The notes beneath the pieces were generated by a model that saw only the letters and a program-made list of their open reading frames with translations, searched no databases and was not told the origin of the DNA. The translations under genes and the position numbers were made by a program. A stretch of 63,260 bases of DNA, counting the filler, from Reclinomonas americana ATCC 50394 (lineage: Eukaryota): NCBI GenBank assembly GCA_048213135.1. It is 10 parts of 6 records of this genome, joined end to end, with 100 filler letters (N's around TTAATTAATTAA, not from the genome) between each part and the next. Parts side by side here need not be neighbours in the genome. Positions count along the whole stretch, not along the records: positions 20,324 to 27,903 come from PS015585.1; positions 28,004 to 52,729 come from PS015585.1; 8 more parts are not named here. One strand, 5' to 3'. Of the stretch, positions 23,830 to 33,903 are shown piece after piece. How positions within the stretch are numbered: the stretch's first letter is position 1; every line of letters starts with the position of its first letter.

Positions 23830-26800
23830 GGCGAAGATGTTCCGAGTGCTGTGGCTCTCGTGTCGCCGACAGACCTGCTGACTTCGATTGCGAGTCTGCT
23901 GCACGACAAAATGTCGTGTCTCACGGCACTCGAGCTGCTGCGACAGTGTGCAGCAGGTTGCGTTCCGCCTCTCTCTCTCTCTCTCTCTGGCAGCTTGTAT
24001 GCCGTCATCATCGACTGCGCTGACACGCGCACACACAGATTTCGCCGAGGATGTGCGCGATTGCGGTGTGCTGCTGGCGGTGCGCGATCTGTTGCTGATC
24101 GATGATGGCGACGGCGAATCCGAAGACATTCGCAAGGGCGCCCTGGTGTGCATGCAGGACATTCTCACCTATCGTGGCGTACCGCTGCCCGCCTCATACC
24201 GTGACTCCACGCCCACCCTACTTACACGTTCGTCACCATCGCAGACTTTACACTGCAAGACCTGCGGCGCCTACCAGTCGTCTGTTCGATTGCGAGACAG
24301 AAAACAAAGAGCGGAGCCGTGATCAAGAAGACCACCCTGTTGCCACTGCGGTCGATTGCCATTCCGTACGATGCCGCCGACAACCACGTCGGCAGTTGCT
24401 CGGTGGTGAATCCCGACGGCGTCTCCAAGGAGGAACGGTTTGTGCGGCTGCGTGCCAATCTGGCCCGGGTGCCCGGTGCCACCGACACGGTATGTCGAGG
24501 TGCTGTGAGTTTGTACAGCAACTGTGTGGCTCACTGGCGAGCGACAGCCGCTGACGGAGTTGGATGCGTGGCATGATTTGGTGGTGGGTGTCTCGTCGAA
24601 TACTCGCAAGTGGTTCCGTGCTGAGCCGTTGTTGGTCTGTTGCAGGCAACCATGCGCGCTGACGAATCTACGTTCTTGGTGGTGGACGGAGACACAAAGG
24701 AGCTGGTGCGCTGCCTACCATGATGTGTGTGGTTTTCTGCGTGATTGCTGACTCCCTAGTGTCTGTTGGAAAACAAACCAGGTGGCAACCATCGCCGGTC
24801 GTCCGTTCAACATTGAGATGCAGAATGCGCTGCGCGGTCGGCTGCCGTCGATTCGGCGAGAGGGATTTCGGTGAGCGAACAGCCATCACAGGAGTAGCAT
24901 TTCTAACGCTAACTGCCTCTTCCATTGTGTCAGCATTGCCGGTGCGAGTACTCCGAGTCTGGCGGTGCGTGCGTCTGCACACATATTGACTGTCCTTGTT
25001 CAGCCAACTCAGCGGTGAATATTGGCGCAGGATGCTTCGCTCATGTCGCCAGCCATGAGCATGGGTGACGGCTCGGTCTCCGACGCTTTCTCGCCGGCCA
25101 ATCAGCCGACACCGGCCCCAGAGCCAGCGGCACAGAGTCGATCGCCGTTGGCCAGCGATGTGGTTATTGTTGGGTCCTCGGTTGCTCTGGTGATTGTGCC
25201 TGCCTCTCATTTTCACGCTTGGTGTCGCAGGCTGAGCCAACCATCCGGAATCCGGCTCCTCCTCCTCCTCCTGCTGCTGCTACAGCGGCGCCTGCAGAGG
25301 CATCGACCCAGCAGCGCAGTGCGCCAGTGGTGGTTTCCTCGACTACCACCACCACCACCACCACCACCACAACCACAGCCACAGGCACTGCAGCAGCTGC
25401 TGCCTCTGCTCGCTCCAACCGCACGAGTCCCACCAAAACCACTGCCACGAATCAGCGACGTGTATCGTTTGCGGCGAGTGAAGAGGGACAGCAGCAGGTA
25501 CACGCTGCTTTCTCTGTCGACGTCTGGCTCATCATACTAACACCACCTTCACGTTCTGCCAGGTGCAAGCATTTCGTGCTGCCATTCCACCAGTTCAGAC
25601 AGTGGCGACAACGACAAGAAGCGACGTATCCAAACCACCACCGCCGCTCGGCCGACCGCCGACCGCGCAAAGCAATCGCTTCAGTGGACAGCAGCTGTAC
25701 AAGTTTGTGGCCGCCGAGACGCCGGCCGATCCCTCTGGGATCGAGTTTCTTGTGAGTGCCTCCTCCGCCTGTGGCGGTAGCAGCAGTTTTGATTCTCACT
25801 CCAGAATCATCGCAGGATGATGCAGACATGCACGGCGAGCAGGTGGCCATGGAGATTCGGCTGATTCTCATCGGCGACGCGCGAGGTGTGTACTGATGAA
25901 TGGAAGGGTTGAAGTGTGCGTTTCCAGTGCGTGTGTATAAACAAAGTCTGTGTATGTTCAGTGGGTAAGTCGACGTTTCTACGGAAGTTTGGTACACGAC
26001 GCACCCGGAATGGAGAGGATTATGGTGCGCTGGCTTGTGTTCCCATGTTTGCGCGGTGCCGTATACGTCATTCTCACTCACTGTCATAGTGAGCGCGTAT
26101 GCCCGTGACGAGCACGGCCGATTGTTACTGGTGAAAGTTGCGAAGTGCGGTCTCCGGCGAACATCAGGTACATCATGCTCACCATCCTTGTTGTTTTCGA
26201 CAGGTACTCGAGTGCTTACGTTGCGTAGCAGTATGCGACACATCTTGTTTGGTTTGCGTCCACTGCACTCACACAGCGCTCCCTTGTATGCAGCCGACAC
26301 TGCGGCACCAGACAACATGTTCAAGATGCTCAACGTGTTCAGACGCGCTCACGGCCTCGTGTTTATGTTCGATGTCACGCGAGCGCACACGTTTGAAGTT
26401 GCGCACCACGCGCGCCTCACCTTGCCCTTTTTCTGAGTTGACATCCAACCTTGCCTGGTTCCAGGTGATCTCGAATCTATATCGACAGGCCATGGACATT
26501 GGTCGGCAGCGGAACCGCTATCAGTTTGTGTGTCGCACAGTGTTGGCCAACAAGGTATGCTGTGTGTGCACGACTTGTGTGTGTGATTCTCGTCGTTCAA
26601 ATGCGCCGCAGGTGGACAGTCCGGAGACTGAGAAACGCGTCACTTTCCGGCAGGCGCTGACATTGGAGGGATCGTGTGGTATTCAAATGTGCGTCGTCTA
26701 CGTGCGGTGTTATGTATCTGTCGTCTTGAGCTGGACCGACAGTGCGTTGCAGAACGGAGCTGTCGGCTGAGAATTCTCCTGCTGCGCTGCTGCGCACCGC

Positions 26801-26922
26801 ACTTGGGCACACGGTGGAGGAGGTGGTGCAGAGGCGTGATGAGAGCTGCTTTGACGACGTTCTGTCGGCCAATGTGGAGTCTGAGTGGGCCATGTGGAAG
26901 CGGAGCACTGTGGAATTGGGTG
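23830..26922 (+). CDS. Multi-exon protein with an N-terminal helical (ARM/HEAT-like) part and a C-terminal divergent Ras/Rab-like small-GTPase domain (partial)
   Basis: C-terminal exons: EIRLILIGDAR|VGKSTFLRKF (G1), ...DTAAPDNMF (G3-like), FRRAHGLVFMFDVTRAHTFE, TVLANK|VD (G4). N-terminal: LLHDKMSCLTALELLRQC..|DFAEDVRDCGVLLAVRDLL...IRKGALVCMQDIL. That both parts form one gene is inferred. Confidence 0.6.
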
Positions 26923-28003
26923 NNNNNNNNNNNNNNNNNNNNNNNNNNNNNNNNNNNNNNNNNNNNNNNNNNNNNNNNNNNNNNNNNNNNNNNNNNNNNN
27001 NNNNNNNNNNNNNNNNNNNNNNNNNNNNNNNNNNNNNNNNNNNNNNNNNNNNNNNNNNNNNNNNNNNNNNNNNNNNNNNNNNNNNNNNNNNNNNNNNNNN
27101 NNNNNNNNNNNNNNNNNNNNNNNNNNNNNNNNNNNNNNNNNNNNNNNNNNNNNNNNNNNNNNNNNNNNNNNNNNNNNNNNNNNNNNNNNNNNNNNNNNNN
27201 NNNNNNNNNNNNNNNNNNNNNNNNNNNNNNNNNNNNNNNNNNNNNNNNNNNNNNNNNNNNNNNNNNNNNNNNNNNNNNNNNNNNNNNNNNNNNNNNNNNN
27301 NNNNNNNNNNNNNNNNNNNNNNNNNNNNNNNNNNNNNNNNNNNNNNNNNNNNNNNNNNNNNNNNNNNNNNNNNNNNNNNNNNNNNNNNNNNNNNNNNNNN
27401 NNNNNNNNNNNNNNNNNNNNNNNNNNNNNNNNNNNNNNNNNNNNNNNNNNNNNNNNNNNNNNNNNNNNNNNNNNNNNNNNNNNNNNNNNNNNNNNNNNNN
27501 NNNNNNNNNNNNNNNNNNNNNNNNNNNNNNNNNNNNNNNNNNNNNNNNNNNNNNNNNNNNNNNNNNNNNNNNNNNNNNNNNNNNNNNNNNNNNNNNNNNN
27601 NNNNNNNNNNNNNNNNNNNNNNNNNNNNNNNNNNNNNNNNNNNNCCAGCGGTCGCGACGCGCACGGAGACGATCGGGAATCGGGCGGATGGCGGTGTTGT
27701 GCATGATGTATAGAATACACTAGTTCAAATGTGTCTAATCGGCGGATTAGGTTTCCTATGTGACGGCTGTCGGCCGTCGCTGTGCTGTTGCGGCTATCAA
27801 GAGAGAAAATATGGCGCTGCTGCCGTGCGTCAACGCGTGTGACGGTCCTGTTTCATGCAGCCTGGAGCGTTGGGGTTCTTCGTGTAGCAGCATGACCACT
27901 GTGNNNNNNNNNNNNNNNNNNNNNNNNNNNNNNNNNNNNNNNNNNNNTTAATTAATTAANNNNNNNNNNNNNNNNNNNNNNNNNNNNNNNNNNNNNNNNN
28001 NNN

Positions 28004-30773
28004 AGCAGCGCAGCGTAGAGTTCTGTGCAGGTGCGGAGGACAGTGAGTGGGGTGTGGATGCAGTGCGAGAAGAGGAGAGTGCTCACCAGTAAGCGGTACA
28101 GGGAGAGTTGCATGATTTGCTGCGCGACATCTCACCTCCTGCAGCACAGTGTCAGCACGAGAAGCATGCATGAACGAGAGTATGGCGTCAACCATCGACG
28201 AACCCACTGTGCGTGTTTGACATTCGAGGATTCGTGAAGAGAGAGAGAGAAGATCAACTGGTGAGTGAGCGGTGGGTGATATGACACTGCGGTAGTAAAT
28301 GTCACACTGACCTCCTACGAACCGCAAGAGGCATGTGAGTCACACGCATAAGCAGATGGAAACGGGAACAGCACACATCAACTCACTTCCTGTTTTCCGT
28401 AATCCGCAGGCACGAGCAAAAGCAAGTCGGTAAAGGTGAGTTAACGCACACAGAAACCACTCAACACTAAGGGTATAACACACGCACATCCTGCAACAAA
28501 CAAATCAGAGTGAGACACAACAGACAGCGAACTACAACTACCCACAACATGTGCGACTCACATCCTGCAGCGAAGAGGGGGAGCAAGAGTGAGTGAATTC
28601 TTCTGAGAAGCATCCGACAAGAGGGACGTGATTACGCACAAACTGGAGGTGGAGTAGTTGTCGAAGCGCAAGCGATGAAACACAAGTGAGCAAACACAGT
28701 CGACAGCAAATCAACATGAATGAATGAGCATAAAAGCCGCAACGTCCTGCGCAGATCAGATAGGGTTAGTGACACGCTGCAAAGAAGGAAAAGGCTGACG
28801 GATCGTAGTGAATCAACGCACCAGCTGCAGAACAGGATGATGACGCGGGGAGAGAGAAGAGAACACAGGTCAGTTGCTGAAAGGCAATTGAAAGCAAATG
28901 TCACAAACTGCGGCTCACCAACTGCACATCAAAAGACAAGTGAATAATGAGTGAGCAAAGTGATAAATAGGAAGCATAGTGCGGCAAGGGTGCTCACTCA
29001 CATACTGATTTGTAGCCGGTCGAGAACAAGAGCAAGGCACAGTGAGTGAACTGCAAACAAAAAGGAGGCAATTGCGCGGCAACACGGGCACTCACATACT
29101 GCAGGTGATAAACGAGACATGGTTAGTTCACTCTGCTATGAATGTATGAAACAAGGCGAGTCACAGACAGCTCACCTCCTGTTCCACCAAGTTCGCACGG
29201 GCACGACGGACACACGCAAATGAGCAACACAGGAAAAGCATCAAGGCGCAGCAGCAGCAAGATCACAAAAGCACAAACCCCCTGCGATGCATGGACAACT
29301 TGGTCAGCAACCAGAATAAGACAGCTCAAACAACTGCCACACACTCACCGGATGGAACCGGCACTCGCTGCACTCCGGTGACGAGACGCACATGTTGCAC
29401 TTGTTGCACTTCCACAACTGTTCGTGTTGTCGCCTGTGAGAACGCGCAGGAGACGATCTCCCTCATGTGCAACACACAAACCTTGCTCTTGACAGACTGG
29501 ACGCGTTCAATGGCCAATCCAAACTCGTCAAACGTCGTCTCCATGACCATCTGGTTATCATGGTTCGGTTGTGAAGCCAGCGGTCGTCGTCTCCTGCGCT
29601 GGCCAGTGAGCTGCTCCTCGAGAGCTGCCACCTTTCCGCACAGTTCCTCTTTTTCTTGCTGATGATTCTCGACCATCTGCATTGCACATGTCAGTCTTTG
29701 CATGCAACTGGCTCTTGTGGGATGAGGGCAGGAGATGGAGAGGCAGACCTTGCGCCGCTCCACCTCGGTCTCCGACAACTGTTTTCGCAGGTTGGCCACC
29801 TGTGTGCAGATGGCATCGTGATTAGCATACTGTTGACGAACGTGTGTCATGCGTGGATAAGCTAGCTGACCTGCTGCTGCAGCAAGCGCACTGTCGGACC
29901 CAGCGCGGCATACTCGCACTTGTGTTTGGCCATGTCGCATGCTCGGCCGGTCCATTCGCATCCCACATCGCTCATGGCGCAGCAAACTTGACGCAGCGAG
30001 CACTCAAGCACTGGCGACAAGCAGAGTCAGTGGGTCGTCGGCATGCACTTGTCGGCCAACACTTACACACGCACCGTGATGCCTGTCCATGTCCCTGTAC
30101 GCAATGTGGTCGGCTCCACAGCGATCGCACACGTAGTTGCACTCAAGTCGGTGCGTCTCCATGTACTCGCGCACTGTACCTGTCCATCGGCACGGTGCCG
30201 CACCGGTCAACACATCGTTTCGCCGCGGGCATCGCACCTCCAGATTGTAAAACTGGCGCAAGTTCACCGACGGTGGCGTCACCGCATTCAGCAGTGTGGT
30301 GCCTCCGCAGCCGCAAAAGTTCAACGGACTGTGCGGAGTCAAGTGGCCTGCCAAAGCACCAAGTTTAGCGGCAGTCACACACGCACACACACGCAGCCAA
30401 GAGGCAATATTCGACGGCACACACAACTCTGGCAGGCGTAGTGCTCGCCGCGCAAGCACAGCAAGAAGGGAGCCTCGGCCAGGTCCTGGCACACACCGCA
30501 GCGGTAGAGCGACGACGAGGCCTCGTGCAGCAGGTCGTCTTCCGTCAGCGGAGGCGGAGGAGCACCGATGACAGTACTGAGCGTGCCGGTGGTAGCCGGT
30601 GGTGCTGAAGAAGAAGACGAGGAGGAGGAGGAGGAGGAGGAAGAAGAAGATGTGGAGGTAGTTGACGCCACTGATGGCCTCTTTTGTGGGTGGACGTGGT
30701 GGTGGTGGTGTGCGTGAGGCGACGCGTGCCGGTGGTGGCACACTGACGCGTTCGAAAGTACTCCGGTCAACAT
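28004..30773 (-). CDS. TRAF-like protein: RING, TRAF-type zinc fingers, coiled coil, then a CxxC...CxFHPG zinc-finger-like domain partly encoded by single-codon exons; 3' end truncated by the contig end
   Basis: YRCGVCQDLAEAPFLLCLRGEHYACQSC (RING), NLEVRCPR...CRWTGTVREYMETHRLEC and VCCAMSDVGCEWTGRACDMAKH (TRAF zinc fingers), QVANLRKQLSETEVERRK|MVENHQQEKEELCGKVAALEEQL (coiled coil), exon 29349-29417 LWKCNKCNMCVSSPECSECRFHP, 14 microexons, then NSTLRC at 28004-28022. Start codon (30773) uncertain. Confidence 0.8.
28136..29281 (-). other. Array of 14 consecutive 3-nt phase-0 microexons (one codon each)
   Basis: Minus-strand YAG|NNN|GT units: 29279-81 GGG, 29176-78 GAG, 29096-98 TAT, 29002-04 TAT, 28919-21 TTG, 28822-24 CTG, 28744-46 GAC, 28640-42 TTT, 28562-64 GAT, 28488-90 GAT, 28387-89 GAA, 28312-14 GAG, 28204-06 TGG, 28136-38 GAG. 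Intervening introns are 65-105 nt with this genome's typical donors and CTSAC-like branch sites. Confidence 0.88.
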
Positions 30774-30962
30774 ACTGCGCGATAAAATGCAATACACACG
30801 GGTCAGCGCAGCAGCAGAGCGAGGTGTCGACGGAGTGCCTCTGACGCAACGCGCACACGCGATCGGGCAAGAGTGAAAAACGACAGAATGCGATCTCTCG
30901 CCGATTGGGGCAATGATGAGCAACGGTCGACAGGACGAACATCGATTGTCCCGACATCGCGA

Positions 30963-33870
30963 ATGCTGTCACTTCTCGTGCGCCGGCGCTGTTTCGCCTC
31001 TGCGCCTCCGCCTCTGGCCAGCTTGTGTGTTGCGTTGTTGGCGACCAGAGAAAGAGAGACGCAAAAAGAAAAGGCGACTGATGAAGTGTGCACTGCAGAC
31101 GTCGAGTGGCTTGCATTTCCTGGAGGTCGCTGGCACCAGTCCGCGCGCCACGGAGCACCCTCCGCTGCTCGTGCTGCACGGTCTCCTCGGGAATGCACAG
31201 AACTGGTGCGTCCGCACAGGCGACTATGATGCATCATTGTGTCAGCTGCTGATCGCTTGTGTGTGTGTGCTTGCAGGAGTACGGTGATTGCCCGCTCGTG
31301 TGTGTCAACGGAGGGTGAAACTGACGGAAACTGACTGTTGTTCTCGTTCTGCGTGTGAGGTGGTGCGACGATACGATGTGGCGGCCGGTCGTAGAGCGCT
31401 TCTGATCGATCTGGTGAGTCGTGCACGCACTGATGCAGTTGCGTGTGTTGGCTGACTGCGAGCGGGCGAGCGACAGCGCAACCACGGCAAGAGTCTGCGA
31501 GCAGAGACCATGTCGTACGTAGAAATGGCACAAGACATTCTGTTGCGTGTCGGTGTGGGTGGGGAAGACACGATTGCGAGGCTCATCGTGATCGTGCAGA
31601 ACTTTCATGGACGAGCGTGGCTTGCCGGAGGCCGCCATTCTTGGTCACTCGTTGCGTTTGCATGTTGCATTTGTGTGCTCTGCGTGGAGCTGACCGACGG
31701 GCGCAGCATGGGAGGCAAGGTGGCGATGCAAGTGGCGCTGGAGGCACCCGAACGGGTCAGTCGCTGTCGCAGATTGAGAACGAGGGGGTGGGAAGCTGTC
31801 GTGGTGTGGTGACAGTTGCTGTTGTTGTTGTTGTGCAGGTGTCTCGCTTGATTGTGGGTGATATTGCGCCGATGAACTACACGGCGCACGCCTCGTGGAC
31901 GATCCCGCGGATCATTTCGGCCATGGAGCACATGGATCTGCGTCGCATACGCAACAGAGCGCAGGCGGAGGAGTACCTCGTGCGTGCACACATTACGGTG
32001 CGTTGGTGGGGCAGCGAGGAGCAGACGAGGCGGTGGGATCGATTGTAACGTGTGTGTCACCACTGGCCAGGACGCCCGCGTGAGGCAGTTTATCATCACC
32101 AACCTGGTGAGTGTCGACAGCGCTGTGGACCCCGCTCAGCCGGCGTACGAGTGGCGCGTGAATCTGCCGGTGGTTGCGTTGGAAGGAGGGGAAGGGAATG
32201 GGAAAGGGAGATGCGAAGGGATAAGGGGGAAGGGAGAAGGGAGAGGGAAAGGCGGGGAAAGAGAACGAGAGAGTGAGGGCGAGTGTTGAGGAGGAGTACA
32301 GGAAATCGGAAAGGAGGGAAGAGGAACGAGAGAGAGAGAGAAAGAGGGCGAGTGTAAGAGAAGGGAGAGGACGGCATGTGAGAAGGAGAGAAGAGAAAAT
32401 GGAAGAGAAAATGGAAACGAGAGAGGGGGAGTGTAAGAGGAAGGCATGTGAGAGATGAGGAAAAGGAAATGAAAGAGTGACTGAGAGAAGGCGAGTGTAA
32501 GAGAAGGAGAAGGCACGCACGATGAGATGAGAAAGGAGGGAAGAGGAAACGAGACAGAGAGCGCGAATGTACAAGGAGAAGACGGCATGTGAAAAGAAAA
32601 GGGGAGGGAGGAAACGGGGAGGGNNNNNNNNNNNNNNNNNNNNNNNNNNNNNNNNNNNNNNNNNNNNNNNNNNNNNNNNNNNNNNNNNNNNNNNNNNNNN
32701 NNNNNNNNNNNNNNNNNNNNNNNNNNNNNNNNNNNNNNNNNNNNNNNNNNNNNNNNNNNNNNNNNNNNNNNNNNNNNNNNNNNNNNNNNNNNNNNNNNNN
32801 NNNNNNNNNNNNNNNNNNNNNNNNNNNNNNNNNNNNNNNNNNNNNNNNNNNNNNNNNNNNNNNNNNNNNNNNNNNNNNNNNNNNNNNNNNNNNNNNNNNN
32901 NNNNNNNNNNNNNNNNNNNNNNNNNNNNNNNNNNNNNNNNNNNNNNNNNNNNNNNNNNNNNNNNNNNNNNNNNNNNNNNNNNNNNNNNNNNNNNNNNNNN
33001 NNNNNNNNNNNNNNNNNNNNNNNNNNNNNNNNNNNNNNNNNNNNNNNNNNNNNNNNNNNNNNNNNNNNNNNNNNNNNNNNNNNNNNNNNNNNNNNNNNNN
33101 NNNNNNNNNNNNNNNNNNNNNNNNNNNNNNNNNNNNNNNNNNNNNNNNNNNNNNNNNNNNNNNNNNNNNNNNNNNNNNNNNNNNNNNNNNNNNNNNNNNN
33201 NNNNNNNNNNNNNNNNNNNNNNNNNNNNNNNNNNNNNNNNNNNNNNNNNNNNNNNNNNNNNNNNNNNNNNNNNNNNNNNNNNNNNNNNNNNNNNNNNNNN
33301 NNNNNNNNNNNNNNNNNNNNNNNNNNNNNNNNNNNNNNNNNNNNNNNNNNNNNNNNNNNNNNNNNNNNNNNNNNNNNNNNNNNNNNNNNNNNNNNNNNNN
33401 NNNNNNNNNNNNNNNNAGGAAGAATGAGATACGCTGCAGAACGAGATCATTGCTGTCCTCGCCATGTGAGAATCACACTCCGTCGTGCAGATCGTCAGGC
33501 AGCTGGGAGAGATTGGCGACTTTCCCGACACCCAAGGTACGATCCGCATCGCCGCCGCCACGTCTCTCGTCACCGTGCCACTCACTGCACGTCGCCGCAC
33601 TTGCAGCCGTCTACACCGAGCCCGCGTTGTTCATTGGCGGCGATCGCAGCATCCACATGAAGGGCGAGAGTGCCGAGCGCTCAATCCACAAGTACTTTTC
33701 GCGGCCACTGGTGCGTCGGCACACACCCGTGTCTCGATCAATCGAGCGCATGACTCACCTACAGCCTGTAGATCGAATTCATCCCCGACACGGGCCACTG
33801 GGTGCACTCCGAGTCGCCCCTCGAATTCTCCCAGGTCGTACGCAAATTCCTGACGCCACTGCAGGAGTAG
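30963..33870 (+). CDS. Alpha/beta hydrolase, ABHD11/YbfF-like
   Basis: Spliced motifs PPLLVLHGLLGNAQNW, LIDL|RNHGKS, MSYVEMAQDI, ILGHS|MGGKVAM (nucleophile elbow), LIVGDIAP, WRVNLP, ALFIGGDRS, TGHWVHSESP...TPLQE*; Arg-rich N-terminus (MLSLLVRRRCFAS) resembles a mitochondrial presequence. Confidence 0.9.
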
Positions 33871-33903
33871 CATCGCTGGAATGCACAGTTTTGTTGTTAT
33901 GCT

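Noticed and set aside
28087..28119. Possible extra 33-nt exon (QIMQLSLYRLL) after the last microexon
   Set aside because: It would leave only a ~16-nt intron after the 28136-38 exon; it could at most be an alternative to that exon, and there is no support for that.
28040..29050. Many plus-strand GTGAG motifs suggesting a plus-strand gene
   Set aside because: Better explained as the reverse complement of minus-strand CTCAC branch sites lying just upstream of each microexon acceptor.
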